A stretch of DNA of 64,000 nt from Candidatus Latescibacterota bacterium (GTDB lineage Bacteria; Latescibacterota; UBA2968; GCA-2709665), in assembly GCA_965208835.1 (NCBI GenBank), contig OZ242358.1, positions 4,384,001-4,448,000 on the forward strand, in the 5' to 3' direction. Every line of letters begins with the position of its first letter. The stretch's first letter is position 1. Shown piece after piece: positions 41,421 through 52,226 of this stretch. The notes below the pieces were generated by a model, which saw only the letters and a list, made by a program, of their open reading frames with translations, had not been told where the DNA came from and searched no databases. The translations under genes and the position numbers were made by a program.

Positions 41421-43673
41421 ATGGCTTCCGTGAAATCTGCATTGTACGTTTTCTCCGTGTTGTTGTTGGTCCTCACGCTTCACGTGGCTGCGGGTTCCAA
41501 TACAGACGATAGTCGCACAACAACCGATGGTGTCGCCGTAAACACCAACGCCGACGACACCGCGTCTATACCCGACTTCGACGGCGACGGTACGATCGGC
41601 TTCGGGGATTTCGTGATCTTCGCGGGTGCGTTCGGGTCACACCGGGGCGATCAGGGTTATGATGCCAGGTTCGATCTCAATGGCGACGGGGAGATAGAAT
41701 TCGCGGACTTTGTGATCTTCGCCCAGAACTTCGGCAAGGCGGCGCCATCGCCTGTCGTTTCGATCCCCGACGCTATTCTGCGCTCGGCGATTGAGGATGC
41801 CCTGGACAGGGCCGTTGGTGCAGCGATCACTGTCGCTGACATGGCGACATTGGATAGTATCCAGTCGGTGAATTGGGGTAGAGCGGGCATCAGGGACTTG
41901 ACCGGCTTGGAGTATGCTACCAGCCTGGCATGGCTGGCGCTTCAAAAAAACGACATCACGAATCTATCGCCGTTGGCAGGCCTGACCAACCTGAATCATC
42001 TCGACCTTTGGAGCAACCGGATCCGGGACATCTCGCCGCTGGCGGGCTTGACCAATCTGACATGGCTGAGCGTTGGGGGTAACCACCTCACGGACGTGTC
42101 TCCGTTAGCAGGCTTGACCAAGCTGACCTATCTGCATGGTTCGTCGAACTCCATCGTGGACATCTCGCCGCTGGCAGGCTTGACCAATCTGACTGGATTG
42201 TACCTCAGTGGGAACTCCGTCACGGACATCTCGCCGCTGGCAGGTTTGGACAACCTGTCCCGTCTGTGGCTGATGGACAACTTTATTACGGACATCTCAC
42301 CGCTGGCAGGTTTGGAAAACCTGTGGGATTTGAACCTTGGGTACAACCCCATCGTCGACATTTCGGCTGTTTCGGGCTTGGTCAACATGCTTTGGCTGGA
42401 ACTTGAGGCCACCGACGTCACGGATATCTCGGCGCTGTCAGGCCTGACCGGGATGCGTAAGCTCGTCCTGGGATTCAACTTCATCACGGATATATCGGCG
42501 CTTCCCGGCCTGACCAACCTGTCGGAATTGGACCTTCGGGGAAACCCCCTGGGGCGGTCCTCCATCGACGTTCACATTCCGGCCCACGAACGCAACGGGG
42601 CTACGGTAACCTTCAACTCGCTGCGCGAGGGCGACTTTGATATCGAACTCGTCTTCCTCGAGTCGTTCACTGAGCGCCATAAGAGGGTATTCCGATACGC
42701 GGCCCGTCGGTGGATGGCGGCAGTTATGGAGGACCTGCCGGACTATGTATTTACGCAAGGCTGGTCCGGGCAGTGCGGCGGTCAGTCGTATGAGATCTCT
42801 GCTGGCGAGCGCATAGACGACCTTCGGATCTACGTGATCAGCTTCGATTTAGAAACCGCAAAAGATGCCCGATATCCCTCTGCCGCGTGGGGTGGCCCAC
42901 ACCTGCTGCGAGACACCAACCACCTGCCCGTCGTAGGATGTATGGGGTTCGGTTTTTATAGTGTCGGCGCAGTATTGGCGAACGTAGTTCCCCACGAGAT
43001 CGGGCACGTTCTGGGATTTACCAGTGGGGTATGGGATAGATTTGGCTACTTCCAGAACCCGCCGGACGGCGACCAGCACTTTACCGGTCCACTGGCGATC
43101 ACTGCTTTCGACGACGCGGGCGGACGGGAATACGCAGGCGCCAAGGTACCGGTGGAGTCCGGTTACCATTGGAGGAGTACCATTCTGGATGCCGAACTGA
43201 TGGGGGGAATGCAGCTATGGCGGCCCTCCGGTGCGGCGCTGAGCGCGATCACGGTCCAGTCCTTCGCGGATCTCGGGTATGGCGTCGACGTCACGCAAGC
43301 AGACCCATATACCCTGCCGAGCGCTGCTTCAGGCGCGAAGATCGCCGTTTCCACACTTGCCGTTCCGGGATTTGGTATTAACGGGTACCGGCCGGAGACC
43401 TTCACGCAATCGGGCGCGGATCGGTCCGGCCAGGAATCGATCCGACGGAGCCTGCCCTTGGGTCCCGCAGACGGCCGCGCCGGTCACCTGGAGAGTGGCG
43501 AGCGGTTGCGGGGCCCCGGCATCACGTTTGATCTCGCGAGAAACCAACAAGTGTGGGACACGGCACTGCCCACGCACACGGCGCCTGAGCTGACCTGCGG
43601 CGCCGAGCCGATGAATGAACCAATTTACGTAGTGGATCCGCAGGGGCGTATCGTGCGAACGATAAACCGGTGA
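41421..43673 (+). CDS. Secreted dockerin-like + internalin-type LRR + leishmanolysin (M8)-like metallopeptidase
   Basis: RBS AGGAGG; DISPLAGLTNL repeats; HEIGHVLG..HW..ELM..SAITVQS.ADLGY. Confidence 0.88.
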   Translation: MASVKSALYVFSVLLLVLTLHVAAGSNTDDSRTTTDGVAVNTNADDTASIPDFDGDGTIGFGDFVIFAGAFGSHRGDQGYDARFDLNGDGEIEFADFVIFAQNFGKAAPSPVVSIPDAILRSAIEDALDRAVGAAITVADMATLDSIQSVNWGRAGIRDLTGLEYATSLAWLALQKNDITNLSPLAGLTNLNHLDLWSNRIRDISPLAGLTNLTWLSVGGNHLTDVSPLAGLTKLTYLHGSSNSIVDISPLAGLTNLTGLYLSGNSVTDISPLAGLDNLSRLWLMDNFITDISPLAGLENLWDLNLGYNPIVDISAVSGLVNMLWLELEATDVTDISALSGLTGMRKLVLGFNFITDISALPGLTNLSELDLRGNPLGRSSIDVHIPAHERNGATVTFNSLREGDFDIELVFLESFTERHKRVFRYAARRWMAAVMEDLPDYVFTQGWSGQCGGQSYEISAGERIDDLRIYVISFDLETAKDARYPSAAWGGPHLLRDTNHLPVVGCMGFGFYSVGAVLANVVPHEIGHVLGFTSGVWDRFGYFQNPPDGDQHFTGPLAITAFDDAGGREYAGAKVPVESGYHWRSTILDAELMGGMQLWRPSGAALSAITVQSFADLGYGVDVTQADPYTLPSAASGAKIAVSTLAVPGFGINGYRPETFTQSGADRSGQESIRRSLPLGPADGRAGHLESGERLRGPGITFDLARNQQVWDTALPTHTAPELTCGAEPMNEPIYVVDPQGRIVRTINR

Positions 43674-43932
43674 TCGTTCGCGTTGCCACATTGGTGACCC
43701 CTCAATCCTGCCGGGACGACAAGAGATCCGGACCGAATCGCAAAAATGCGTTTGCGGCCGCAGAAACAGGAGTCGAAGCCGCAGTTGTTCGCTTCGACCC
43801 TTCCTGTCTGTCTCGTGGGGAATAACAAAGATAGTGCCATGTGGGCATCGTGAGAAACATAAATGACCCGTTCGGCGTGAAGGCGTAACCCGCCGGTATG
43901 GGTACAGAAAAATCAAGCTGAAAGGATCGACA

Positions 43933-44505
43933 ATGTGCCAGGCATCAATCAAGCCTTCGACAGTCTCAGGTTTTGTCATTCTGATCCTCATCGGGTTTTC
44001 CGCCATCGCATCCGCCCAGCGCTTCGACCCGGCTCAGCGACCGCTCCCGCCCGAGATCCTGGTCGACAAATATCTGATCCACGCGGAACAGCTCCACGCC
44101 GCGAAGGACTATGCGGCTTCGTTCAAAGTGATGCAGAAGATCGTGGCCCTGCAAAAGGAGCACAACCTGGCGGTACCCGACGACTTTCATTTCAAGTACG
44201 CGCTGGTGGCCCTGGCTGCGGATTCGATGCGTATCGCGCTGGAGTCGGTGACCAGGTACCTGTCGGCAACGGGGAAAGACGGTTAATTCTACGAGGGAGC
44301 GCTCGTTGTGTGGCTTGAGGCTGAGTGGCCTGAGATCAGTGTCGAGGAAACCTGCGCCGGAAAGCGGGCACGCGTTAAGTGCTGGAACGAACTGACCAGT
44401 CACCCTCAATGTTACATGTAGGAAGAAAACTACGATGAGGACCGGACTGTAACCTGGTCGGACAAGTGTTCAGGGAACGTAGCCCACGGGAAGGGTACGC
44501 TAGTA
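43933..44505 (+). pseudogene. LPPEI-header/Cys-domain gene with internal stops, truncated
   Basis: TAA at 44284 in place of E; in-frame homology continues (EETCAG..CW.EL..HPQCY-TAG..TWS.KCSG..GKGTL). Confidence 0.85.
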
Positions 44506-44701
44506 GCCTGTCGGGATACCTGTGGTTCAGGGGTTGAATGCAGTGGCTACAGGCGGAAAGGTCTCAGAAATGCTCGGGCTCCATATCGAATCTGCCGCGA
44601 TTAATCAATCATCGGCAATTGTTTCGACAGCTAATTGACATCACCATGGCTGCGAAGAAATCAGGCGGACAGACCTATTGGCGAGGCGTTAGGAGCACAA
44701 A

Positions 44702-47515
44702 ATGGCTTCCGGAAAATCAACGTTGTACGTAATCGCCGTGTTGTTGTTATGCACGCTTCACGCGGCAACGGGTTCCAATGCCGACGATAGAAGCACAGCA
44801 ACGCATGCTGTCAGGGTTGATACCAATGACGACGAAACCGCCTCTATTCCGGATTTCGACGGCGACGGGACGATCGGTTTTGGCGATTTTGTCATCTTCG
44901 CGGGCGTGTTCGGAGCGAGTCAGGGGGAAGAGAAATACGACCCAACGTATGATCTGAACGGCGACGGAGAAATCGGGTTTGCGGACTTTGTGATCTTCGC
45001 GGAAGTCTTCGGTAGCGACGCATCTTCATTCGTGTCAATCCCCGACGCCAACCTTCGGGCGGCGATCGAGGCGGCCCTCGGCAAGGCCAGCGGAGCGCCG
45101 ATCACCGTGGCTGAGATAAAGAGGTTGACCGCTCTGAACGCCTGGGAAGCGGGCATCAGCGAATTGACCGGGTTGGAAACTGCCACCAACCTTACGGACC
45201 TGAGTCTTGGGCTTAACAGGATTACGGATTTGTCGGCGCTTTCCAACTTGACGAACTTGACATCCCTGAACTTGTGGGGCAACATCGTTTCGGACATATC
45301 GGTGTTGTCAGGCCTGACCAATCTTACAGTTTTGCAACTTGGCTTTAACCCGGTCACAGATCTGTCGCCACTTGGCGGATTGGCCAACCTTACGACTTTG
45401 GGTCTCTTCTACTGCCACACCGCGGACATATCGGTGCTGTCAAAACTGACCAACCTGAAACGCCTGACCGCCGGGGGCGATCCTGCTCCCATTGTGGATA
45501 TATCGCCACTTGCTGGCTTAACCTACCTGACATATCTGTGGCTTTCCAGAAACGACATCACGGACATATCGCCGCTGACTGGTTTGACCAACCTGACATT
45601 CCTGCAACTCGCGCTAAATGACATCATGGATATTACGCCGCTAAGTGGCCTGTCACATCTTACTGAACTGTATCTTGGAAGAAACCTGGTCGCCGATATA
45701 TCACCGCTGGCCGGATTGAACGACCTGACAGCACTGGGTCTTTATGATAATCCCATTATAGACGTGTCGCCGCTGGCCGGCTTGACCCGCCTTGAGCGCC
45801 TGGAACTTGGTGGCGACGAATTGGCGAACCCATCGACGCTGGCGTCGTTGCTGTCAGGTCTTACCGGCCTCAGGAGACTCGGGCTTAGAACACTCAACAT
45901 CGCGGATGCATCAATGCTGTCAGGCTTGATCAACCTGACAGAGCTGAATCTCTCCGACAACACTATTATGGATATATCGGTTCTTTCCCGCCTGAACGAG
46001 CTGACGGAACTGGACCTCAGCGACAACACCATCACGGACATCTCGCCGCTGGCCGGCCTGACCGACCTGACGGAACTGTACCTCAGTCGCAACATCATCG
46101 CGGACATCTCGCCGCTGGCCGGCCTGACCAACCTGACGAAATTGTACCTAAGTCGCAATACAATCGCCGAGATCTCGCCGCTAGCCAGCCTGAACGAGCT
46201 GACGGAACTGGACCTCAGCGACAACACCATCACGAACATCTCGCCGTTGTCCGGCCTGACCAACCTGACGCGACTGTACCTCGGGAACAACAACATCACG
46301 GACATCTCGCCACTGGAAGGCCTGGCGCGCATGATTGAATTGACTCTTCGGTTCAACGCCATTTCCGACATATCGGCACTAACCGGCTTGACCAACTTGA
46401 AATGGCTGTGGCTTCGAGGAAACCTGCTGAACGATGCTTCCATCAACGACTATATACCCGTTCTTCAGAGCAGGGGAACTGACGTTAAATTCGACCCTCC
46501 TCGTCCCGAAGGCGACTTCAACATCGAGCTTGTCTTCACGGACGCTTTCTCTGAGAACCAGAAGAAAGTGCTCCAGTATGTAGCCAGACGCTGGATGGCG
46601 GTCATTCAGGACGACCTTCCAGACTATGAACTCACCCGGGGTTGGTCCGGGCAGTGCGGCGGACAGGCTTATGAGATCCCTCCAGGGGAGCGGATAGACG
46701 ACCTTCGGATCTATATGACCACGTTTGAAGGCGACGGTGCTGTAGGGTGGGGTGGACCGCGTTTGTTACGTGACGAGACCCATCTGCCTGTCGTGGGATG
46801 CATGGGCTTCGACCTGAAACGTGCCAATTTGCTGATTACAGGGCTCCACGAGATCGGACACGTCCTGGGGTTCGGGACGGTCTGGGCAGAGCTTGGCTTT
46901 TATCAGAATCCGCGGGGTGGCGACGAGCACTTCAGTGGCCCTCTGGCGATTGCCGCGTTTGACGATGCAGGGGGACGGGGCTATACGGGCAAGAAGGTGC
47001 CGCTGGATGATCCTGCGCATTGGAGGGTTCCTGAGCTGAGTGGGGAACTCATGGTGCCGCATGGAGGAGGGTCGCTCAGCGCGATTACGGTGCAGTCTAT
47101 GGCCGATCTCGGCTACGGCGTCGATGTCGCGCAGGCTGACCCATATATGATGCCCGGCGCCGCAAGCAAGGCAGTTGCGAAGATCACCGTGTCCGGGCCT
47201 GTCGGTCCAGCCTATGACACAAATGTCGTTCGCACGGACGTCTACACACTGTTCGGCGGCAATCCGCACGGACAAGGGCCGATCGAGGGGAGACTGCCCT
47301 TGGGTCCCGCAGACGGCCGCACCGGTTTCCAGGAGAGCGCTGAACATGTATGGGGCCGCGGCTTGACACTCGATCTCGCGGAAAACCGCCGGATGTGGGA
47401 CGCGGGATCGACTGCCCGCGCGGCGCCTGAGCTAACCTGCGGCGCCGAGCTTTTGAATGAACCCATTTACGTCGTAGATACGCAGGGTCGTATTGTGCGC
47501 ACGATAAGCCCGTGA
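44702..47515 (+). CDS. Secreted dockerin-like + internalin-type LRR + M8-like metallopeptidase (paralog of 41421)
   Basis: Same architecture with more LRRs; HEIGHVLG, AHW, ELM; RBS AGGAG. Confidence 0.88.
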   Translation: MASGKSTLYVIAVLLLCTLHAATGSNADDRSTATHAVRVDTNDDETASIPDFDGDGTIGFGDFVIFAGVFGASQGEEKYDPTYDLNGDGEIGFADFVIFAEVFGSDASSFVSIPDANLRAAIEAALGKASGAPITVAEIKRLTALNAWEAGISELTGLETATNLTDLSLGLNRITDLSALSNLTNLTSLNLWGNIVSDISVLSGLTNLTVLQLGFNPVTDLSPLGGLANLTTLGLFYCHTADISVLSKLTNLKRLTAGGDPAPIVDISPLAGLTYLTYLWLSRNDITDISPLTGLTNLTFLQLALNDIMDITPLSGLSHLTELYLGRNLVADISPLAGLNDLTALGLYDNPIIDVSPLAGLTRLERLELGGDELANPSTLASLLSGLTGLRRLGLRTLNIADASMLSGLINLTELNLSDNTIMDISVLSRLNELTELDLSDNTITDISPLAGLTDLTELYLSRNIIADISPLAGLTNLTKLYLSRNTIAEISPLASLNELTELDLSDNTITNISPLSGLTNLTRLYLGNNNITDISPLEGLARMIELTLRFNAISDISALTGLTNLKWLWLRGNLLNDASINDYIPVLQSRGTDVKFDPPRPEGDFNIELVFTDAFSENQKKVLQYVARRWMAVIQDDLPDYELTRGWSGQCGGQAYEIPPGERIDDLRIYMTTFEGDGAVGWGGPRLLRDETHLPVVGCMGFDLKRANLLITGLHEIGHVLGFGTVWAELGFYQNPRGGDEHFSGPLAIAAFDDAGGRGYTGKKVPLDDPAHWRVPELSGELMVPHGGGSLSAITVQSMADLGYGVDVAQADPYMMPGAASKAVAKITVSGPVGPAYDTNVVRTDVYTLFGGNPHGQGPIEGRLPLGPADGRTGFQESAEHVWGRGLTLDLAENRRMWDAGSTARAAPELTCGAELLNEPIYVVDTQGRIVRTISP

Positions 47516-47774
47516 TCGTTCGCGTTGCCTCATTGGAGACCTCTAAATCCTGCCGGGACGACAAGAGATCCGGACCGAATCGCAAAAATGCGCTTGCGGC
47601 CGCAGAATCAGGAGTCGAAGCCGCTGTTGTTCGCTGCGACCCTTCCTGACTGTCTCGTGGGGAATAACAAAGATAGTGCCACGTTGGCGTCGTGAGAAAC
47701 ATAAATGACCCGTTCGGCGCGAAGGCGTAGCCCGCTGGTATGGGTACAGAATAATCAAGCTGAAAGGATCGACA

Positions 47775-49139
47775 ATGTGCCAGGCATCAATCAAGCCTTC
47801 GACAGTCTCAGGTTTTGTCATTCTGATCCTCATCGGGTTTTCCGCCATCGCATCCGCCCAGCGCTTCGACCCGGCTCAGCGACCGCTCCCGCCCGAGATC
47901 CTGGTCGCCAAATATCTGATTCACGCGGAGCAGCTCCACACCGCGAAGGATTATGCGGGCGCCTTCGAAGTGATGCAAGAGATCGTCGCATTGCAGAACG
48001 AGCACAGTCTCGCGGTGCCCGACGACTTTCATTTCAATTATGCGCGGGTAGCCCTGTCGGCGGATTCAATGCGGACCGTGCTCGAGTCGGTCACCAGGTA
48101 TCTATCGGCAACGGGAGAAGAGGGGAAGTTCTACGAAAAGGCGCTGACGTTATTGCTAAAGGACGAAGAGAATGAGGTCACGTCACCGGAGGATTTCTAT
48201 GAAAACGTTATCAAGACCCAGGAAACTTGTGAAGGTTTGCCGGATCGTTCCGAGTGCTGGATGGCGTTGACGAATCACCACGAATGTTACGTGTGGAACC
48301 GCAACTTTCGGCAAGGTGACTCCGCGATATGGACCGGAAAGTGTTCGGGGCACGTGCCCGATGGCGAGGGGACAATAACCTGGTTTTTCATAGACCGCAC
48401 AGGAGGCAAAGGAAAATCCAGCACAGAAGTCGAGAGAGAATTGAAGAGAGACACAGGTCTTTTTCAAAATGGAAAGAAGCATGGGAAATGGACCAAGCGT
48501 AGCCAGTATTCGGAAGGAGGAAGAATGGGGGACCACCTTAGTATGGTAACCGTAGCCACGTACAAAAACGGCACGCTGCACGGACAGTGGGTCAATCGTC
48601 TCCTGGTTCGTACCGTGTTGAGTGAAGACGCCTTCGATGATGGCAAGAAGGACGGGCCATCGGACACCACCTACGTCTAGGAAATAGAAAAGGGTCAGTA
48701 TGTGGACGGAAAACGACACGGCCGATGGGTGTTGCGGAACCGGGGCAATGTGTTTGAAGTTCCGTTTGTGGACGGGAAGGAACACGGTCAAGCGGTCAAT
48801 CGATGTTCTGACGGGAGGGTAGGGGGAGGTTCTCACATCAATGGCAGAATGACCGGACGTTGGGTGCTATTTGGCTGGTATGTGTACGCGTGCAACGGAG
48901 ATCACGATGAAGGCACCTTTGTTGACAACAAGAAACACGGAGAATGGATCGAACGTGACTCGAGCGGCAATAAGGAAAAGGGACAATACATTGAGGGCGA
49001 GAAAGATGGGACATGGTTGGTATATGATCGATCTGAGAACAAATGCTGGTACGAAAAATATCGTCGCGACGACAACATAATTCGAAAAAAGGAAAAAAAA
49101 AGATACGCCAACAGGCAGCGTGGTGAGCGAAGCAGATGA
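47775..49139 (+). pseudogene. LPPEI-header + Cys domain + MORN-like repeats, split by in-frame TAG
   Basis: ORFs 47775..48680 and 48702..49139 share a frame, separated by TAG 48678-80; GKKHG.W repeats on both sides. Confidence 0.8.
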
Positions 49140-49553
49140 ATTCGCGTAGCTGGCCTGGAAGTGTTGTCGGGTTCGGCTGGTAACTGCCGAGACGTCTAGG
49201 GTTTTCCCGCATTTGGCGTCGTTTCTGTGCCGACGAGCGTGCGGTCGTGGGTCAATTGACGACAATGCATCGCCTGCAACTGTCGCAAGATACATCATAT
49301 GTAGCGAATTGCGACATATCTGACCCGCCATCACAATCTTTCGGCTCGCGCTGGCGGTCAGCCACATCGAAACTGACACACGGTCCGTACGCCGGAAAGG
49401 AAAGTTACGTCGGCGTCGGTGGTGGTCACGAAACGTACGTCACTCGGATCACTGAAATTGCAAGGAACACGTGAAACAGCATTGACCTGGTGTTTTCAAC
49501 GAAACCACTACATAACGTCCCTCGGACATCGTCAGACGGTGAAGGAGGCCAGA

Positions 49554-50840
49554 ATGAGAAACACCATGGGAGCCATGATCACAAGCCTTTTCATCGTAAT
49601 CCTGTCAGGGTATTTCGAGGTCGTATCCGCGCAGCTCCCGCCGGAGATCCTGGTCGACAAATATCTGATTCACGCGGAACAGCTCCATGCCGCGAAGGAC
49701 TATGCGGCTGCCTTTGAAGTGATGCAGAAGATCGTCGACCTTCAGCAGGAGCACAGCCTCACGGTGCCGGACGACTTCCATTTCAAGTATGCGCGCGTGG
49801 CGCTGTCAGCGGATTCGGTCAGGATCGCGATTATGTCGGTGAACGCGTACCTATCGGCTGCAGGGAGAGAGGGTGAGTTTTACAAAGAGGCGCTAGCGCT
49901 GTTGGTTGAGGCTGAAGAAACGCAGATTCGTGCCGAGGAAACCTGCACCGGCAAACCGAATGGCGCTTTGTGCTGGAAGGAATTAGCCAACCATCCACAA
50001 TGCTACGTCTGGGACGAGAACTATCGTGAGGACCAAGCTGTGACCTGGTCCGGCAAGTGTTCGGGCAGCATGGCCACTGGGGAGGGAACGCTGATCTGGG
50101 CAAGAGGCGACCAGAAGCATACGGAGACAGGTCGCCTCGAGCGAGGCAAGAAGCAGGGCCGTTGGGTCGTCCGTGACGACGGCGGCACGTCCGAAGGCCT
50201 TTTTGCGGACGGAAAACGGAATGGACATTGGGTCCTGCGTTCCTCCGATGGCGAGGTTTCCGAAGGCGCCTATCTGGACGGCAGCAAGCACGGGAATTGG
50301 AAATATCAAGACGGAGACGGGAGGCAAAGTGAAGGTATCTACGTGAACGGTAGAAAGGATGGGCCGTGGGTGTTCCGTGACTGGTCCGACGCCGTATTAA
50401 ATGAGTCCTATGTGGATGGTAAAAAAGACGGCGAGTTTCACGGAGAGTATGAGTTGTGTTCGCGACCTGAGGGTTCGACCCGAATCCCTGTCCGCGGAAA
50501 GTACGCCGGCGGTAACAAGCAGGGATATTGGCACAATGACAATTCGTACGATGGCAAGACTGAGGGAGGAAGGTGGATTGGATCCGGTCATTACGATGAG
50601 AACGGTAAACGGCAAGGTTCGTGGACGTTTCGGCTATTTCGTTGTAGTGGCGACGAATCAAAATGGAGAGGCAGATACAAGGGTCAATTTGTCGACGGAA
50701 AAAAGCATGGCAGATGGATCTGGTATTTGTTTTCGGCAGACCCTGACGAAGGGGGTTGCACCTTCGACAGATACGAACACGGGAAATTCGTGAAATACGA
50801 TAGGAAGAAGATCAAGACATGCCGCCGGATGGATTGGTGA
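49554..50840 (+). CDS. Secreted LPPEI-header + Cys domain + MORN-like repeat protein (intact)
   Basis: RBS AAGGAGG; signal peptide; QLPPEILVDKYL; EG.Y.DG.K.G.W repeats. Confidence 0.88.
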   Translation: MRNTMGAMITSLFIVILSGYFEVVSAQLPPEILVDKYLIHAEQLHAAKDYAAAFEVMQKIVDLQQEHSLTVPDDFHFKYARVALSADSVRIAIMSVNAYLSAAGREGEFYKEALALLVEAEETQIRAEETCTGKPNGALCWKELANHPQCYVWDENYREDQAVTWSGKCSGSMATGEGTLIWARGDQKHTETGRLERGKKQGRWVVRDDGGTSEGLFADGKRNGHWVLRSSDGEVSEGAYLDGSKHGNWKYQDGDGRQSEGIYVNGRKDGPWVFRDWSDAVLNESYVDGKKDGEFHGEYELCSRPEGSTRIPVRGKYAGGNKQGYWHNDNSYDGKTEGGRWIGSGHYDENGKRQGSWTFRLFRCSGDESKWRGRYKGQFVDGKKHGRWIWYLFSADPDEGGCTFDRYEHGKFVKYDRKKIKTCRRMDW

Positions 50841-51063
50841 GGCAGACTCCACAGACGCGTTTCGGCAAGTTCCACTCTACCGTACAAGGCGCATTGGATG
50901 TCGAATGTCTACTGCTCTCGGCAACCGCAGCGGATTTGTACTGCGAACCAGCGTAAGAAAAGAGACAGTCGAGTTTCAGAATCGATTTGGATCCGCATCA
51001 AGCCCCTATAATCGCAATCGTGATAGAGCGCCAACGATGAGAATGAGCACAAGGAAAATCGTC

Positions 51064-51928
51064 ATGCGGGACAGCGTGAAGAGTCTCTACATCCTGATCC
51101 TGTTTGGGTTCTCAAGCCACGCATCCGCTCAGCTTCCCCCGGAAATAATGTCGGATCGATATCTGGTGAAGGCGGAAATGTTGGAGGCCAGTAAGGATTA
51201 CGCGGCGGCCTTCAATGTGATGGAGAAAGTCATTGCGCTCCATAAAACACACGATCTCAGATTGCCCGTCGACTTTCATTTCAAGTATGCCCGCGTTGCC
51301 CTGGCAGCGGATTCGATCAGGAACACCTATGATTCGGTGAATCTGTATCTGACGACGGCGGGGCGGGAGGGCGAGTACTACAGGGAAGCGCTGCTCTTGT
51401 CGTTGGAGGCCGAGGAGGAATTGGCGGAGGTCGTGATACGGTCTGAAGACACGTGTGCCGAAAAGCTGGAACGAGGGAAATGCTGGATGCCGCTGTCCGA
51501 TCGTCCGAATTGCTACGTCTGGAGTTATGGTAACAAACACATGACCGAAACAGCTCCGCAGCTTAAGTGGTCCGGCAAGTGTAGAGGAAACGTCGGTCGC
51601 GGTGAGGGAATACTTACCTTTTCTGGATCTGGATGGTCTGGATAAACAGCAAAAGGGATCCTACAAAAGGGGTAAGCTTCACGGCAAATCTGTCAAAATC
51701 AACGACCGTGGATTTGTATCTGAGGGTCGTTATGTGAACGGTAACAGGGATGGTCATTGGATTGAGCGGTACTTTAGCAACTGGCGGGAAAGTGGTGAAT
51801 ATATAGACGGAAATCGCGAGGGATCGTGGCTGAAAATGTACAACGAATCATGCACGTCCATCACATATCGCCAGGGCGAAGAGGCAGCGTCATGGCAAGT
51901 GGATAGGTCGAGATGCGAGGGGTGGTGA
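51064..51928 (+). pseudogene. LPPEI-header + Cys domain + MORN-like gene, frameshifted
   Basis: QLPPEIMSDRYL..GEGILTF, then frame change in the TCTGGA repeats (~51622-51645) to DKQQKGSYKRGKLHG..W*. Confidence 0.8.
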
Positions 51929-52226
51929 CTGGGTCGGGGCCCTTCGCAATGGGAGGCCCGCCCTTCCTGTTATAAACGTACAAAACGCATCAATAGATCT
52001 TGCGGAAGAGTCGTAAATTCGTGTGAGTTATCTCATACCATAAAGGAGGAGGCCATGCAGTAACGGTTCGGGTAACGCAAGCTGCGTCACTCACAGATTT
52101 CGCGGAAATGTACCATCCGCAGCGAATTGCGACACGTGCGCCCGTCGTCGCGACGACGCCCCTCTTGGGTTCCCGCGGCTCGGATAGCGCCTTGAGCGAC
52201 TACTCACGACCCGCACGACGCCACTA

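Noticed and set aside
37839-48680. Amber recoding (pyrrolysine or alternative code) in the header family
   Set aside because: The same genes also carry TAA stops and frameshifts, and TAG ends many intact genes here.
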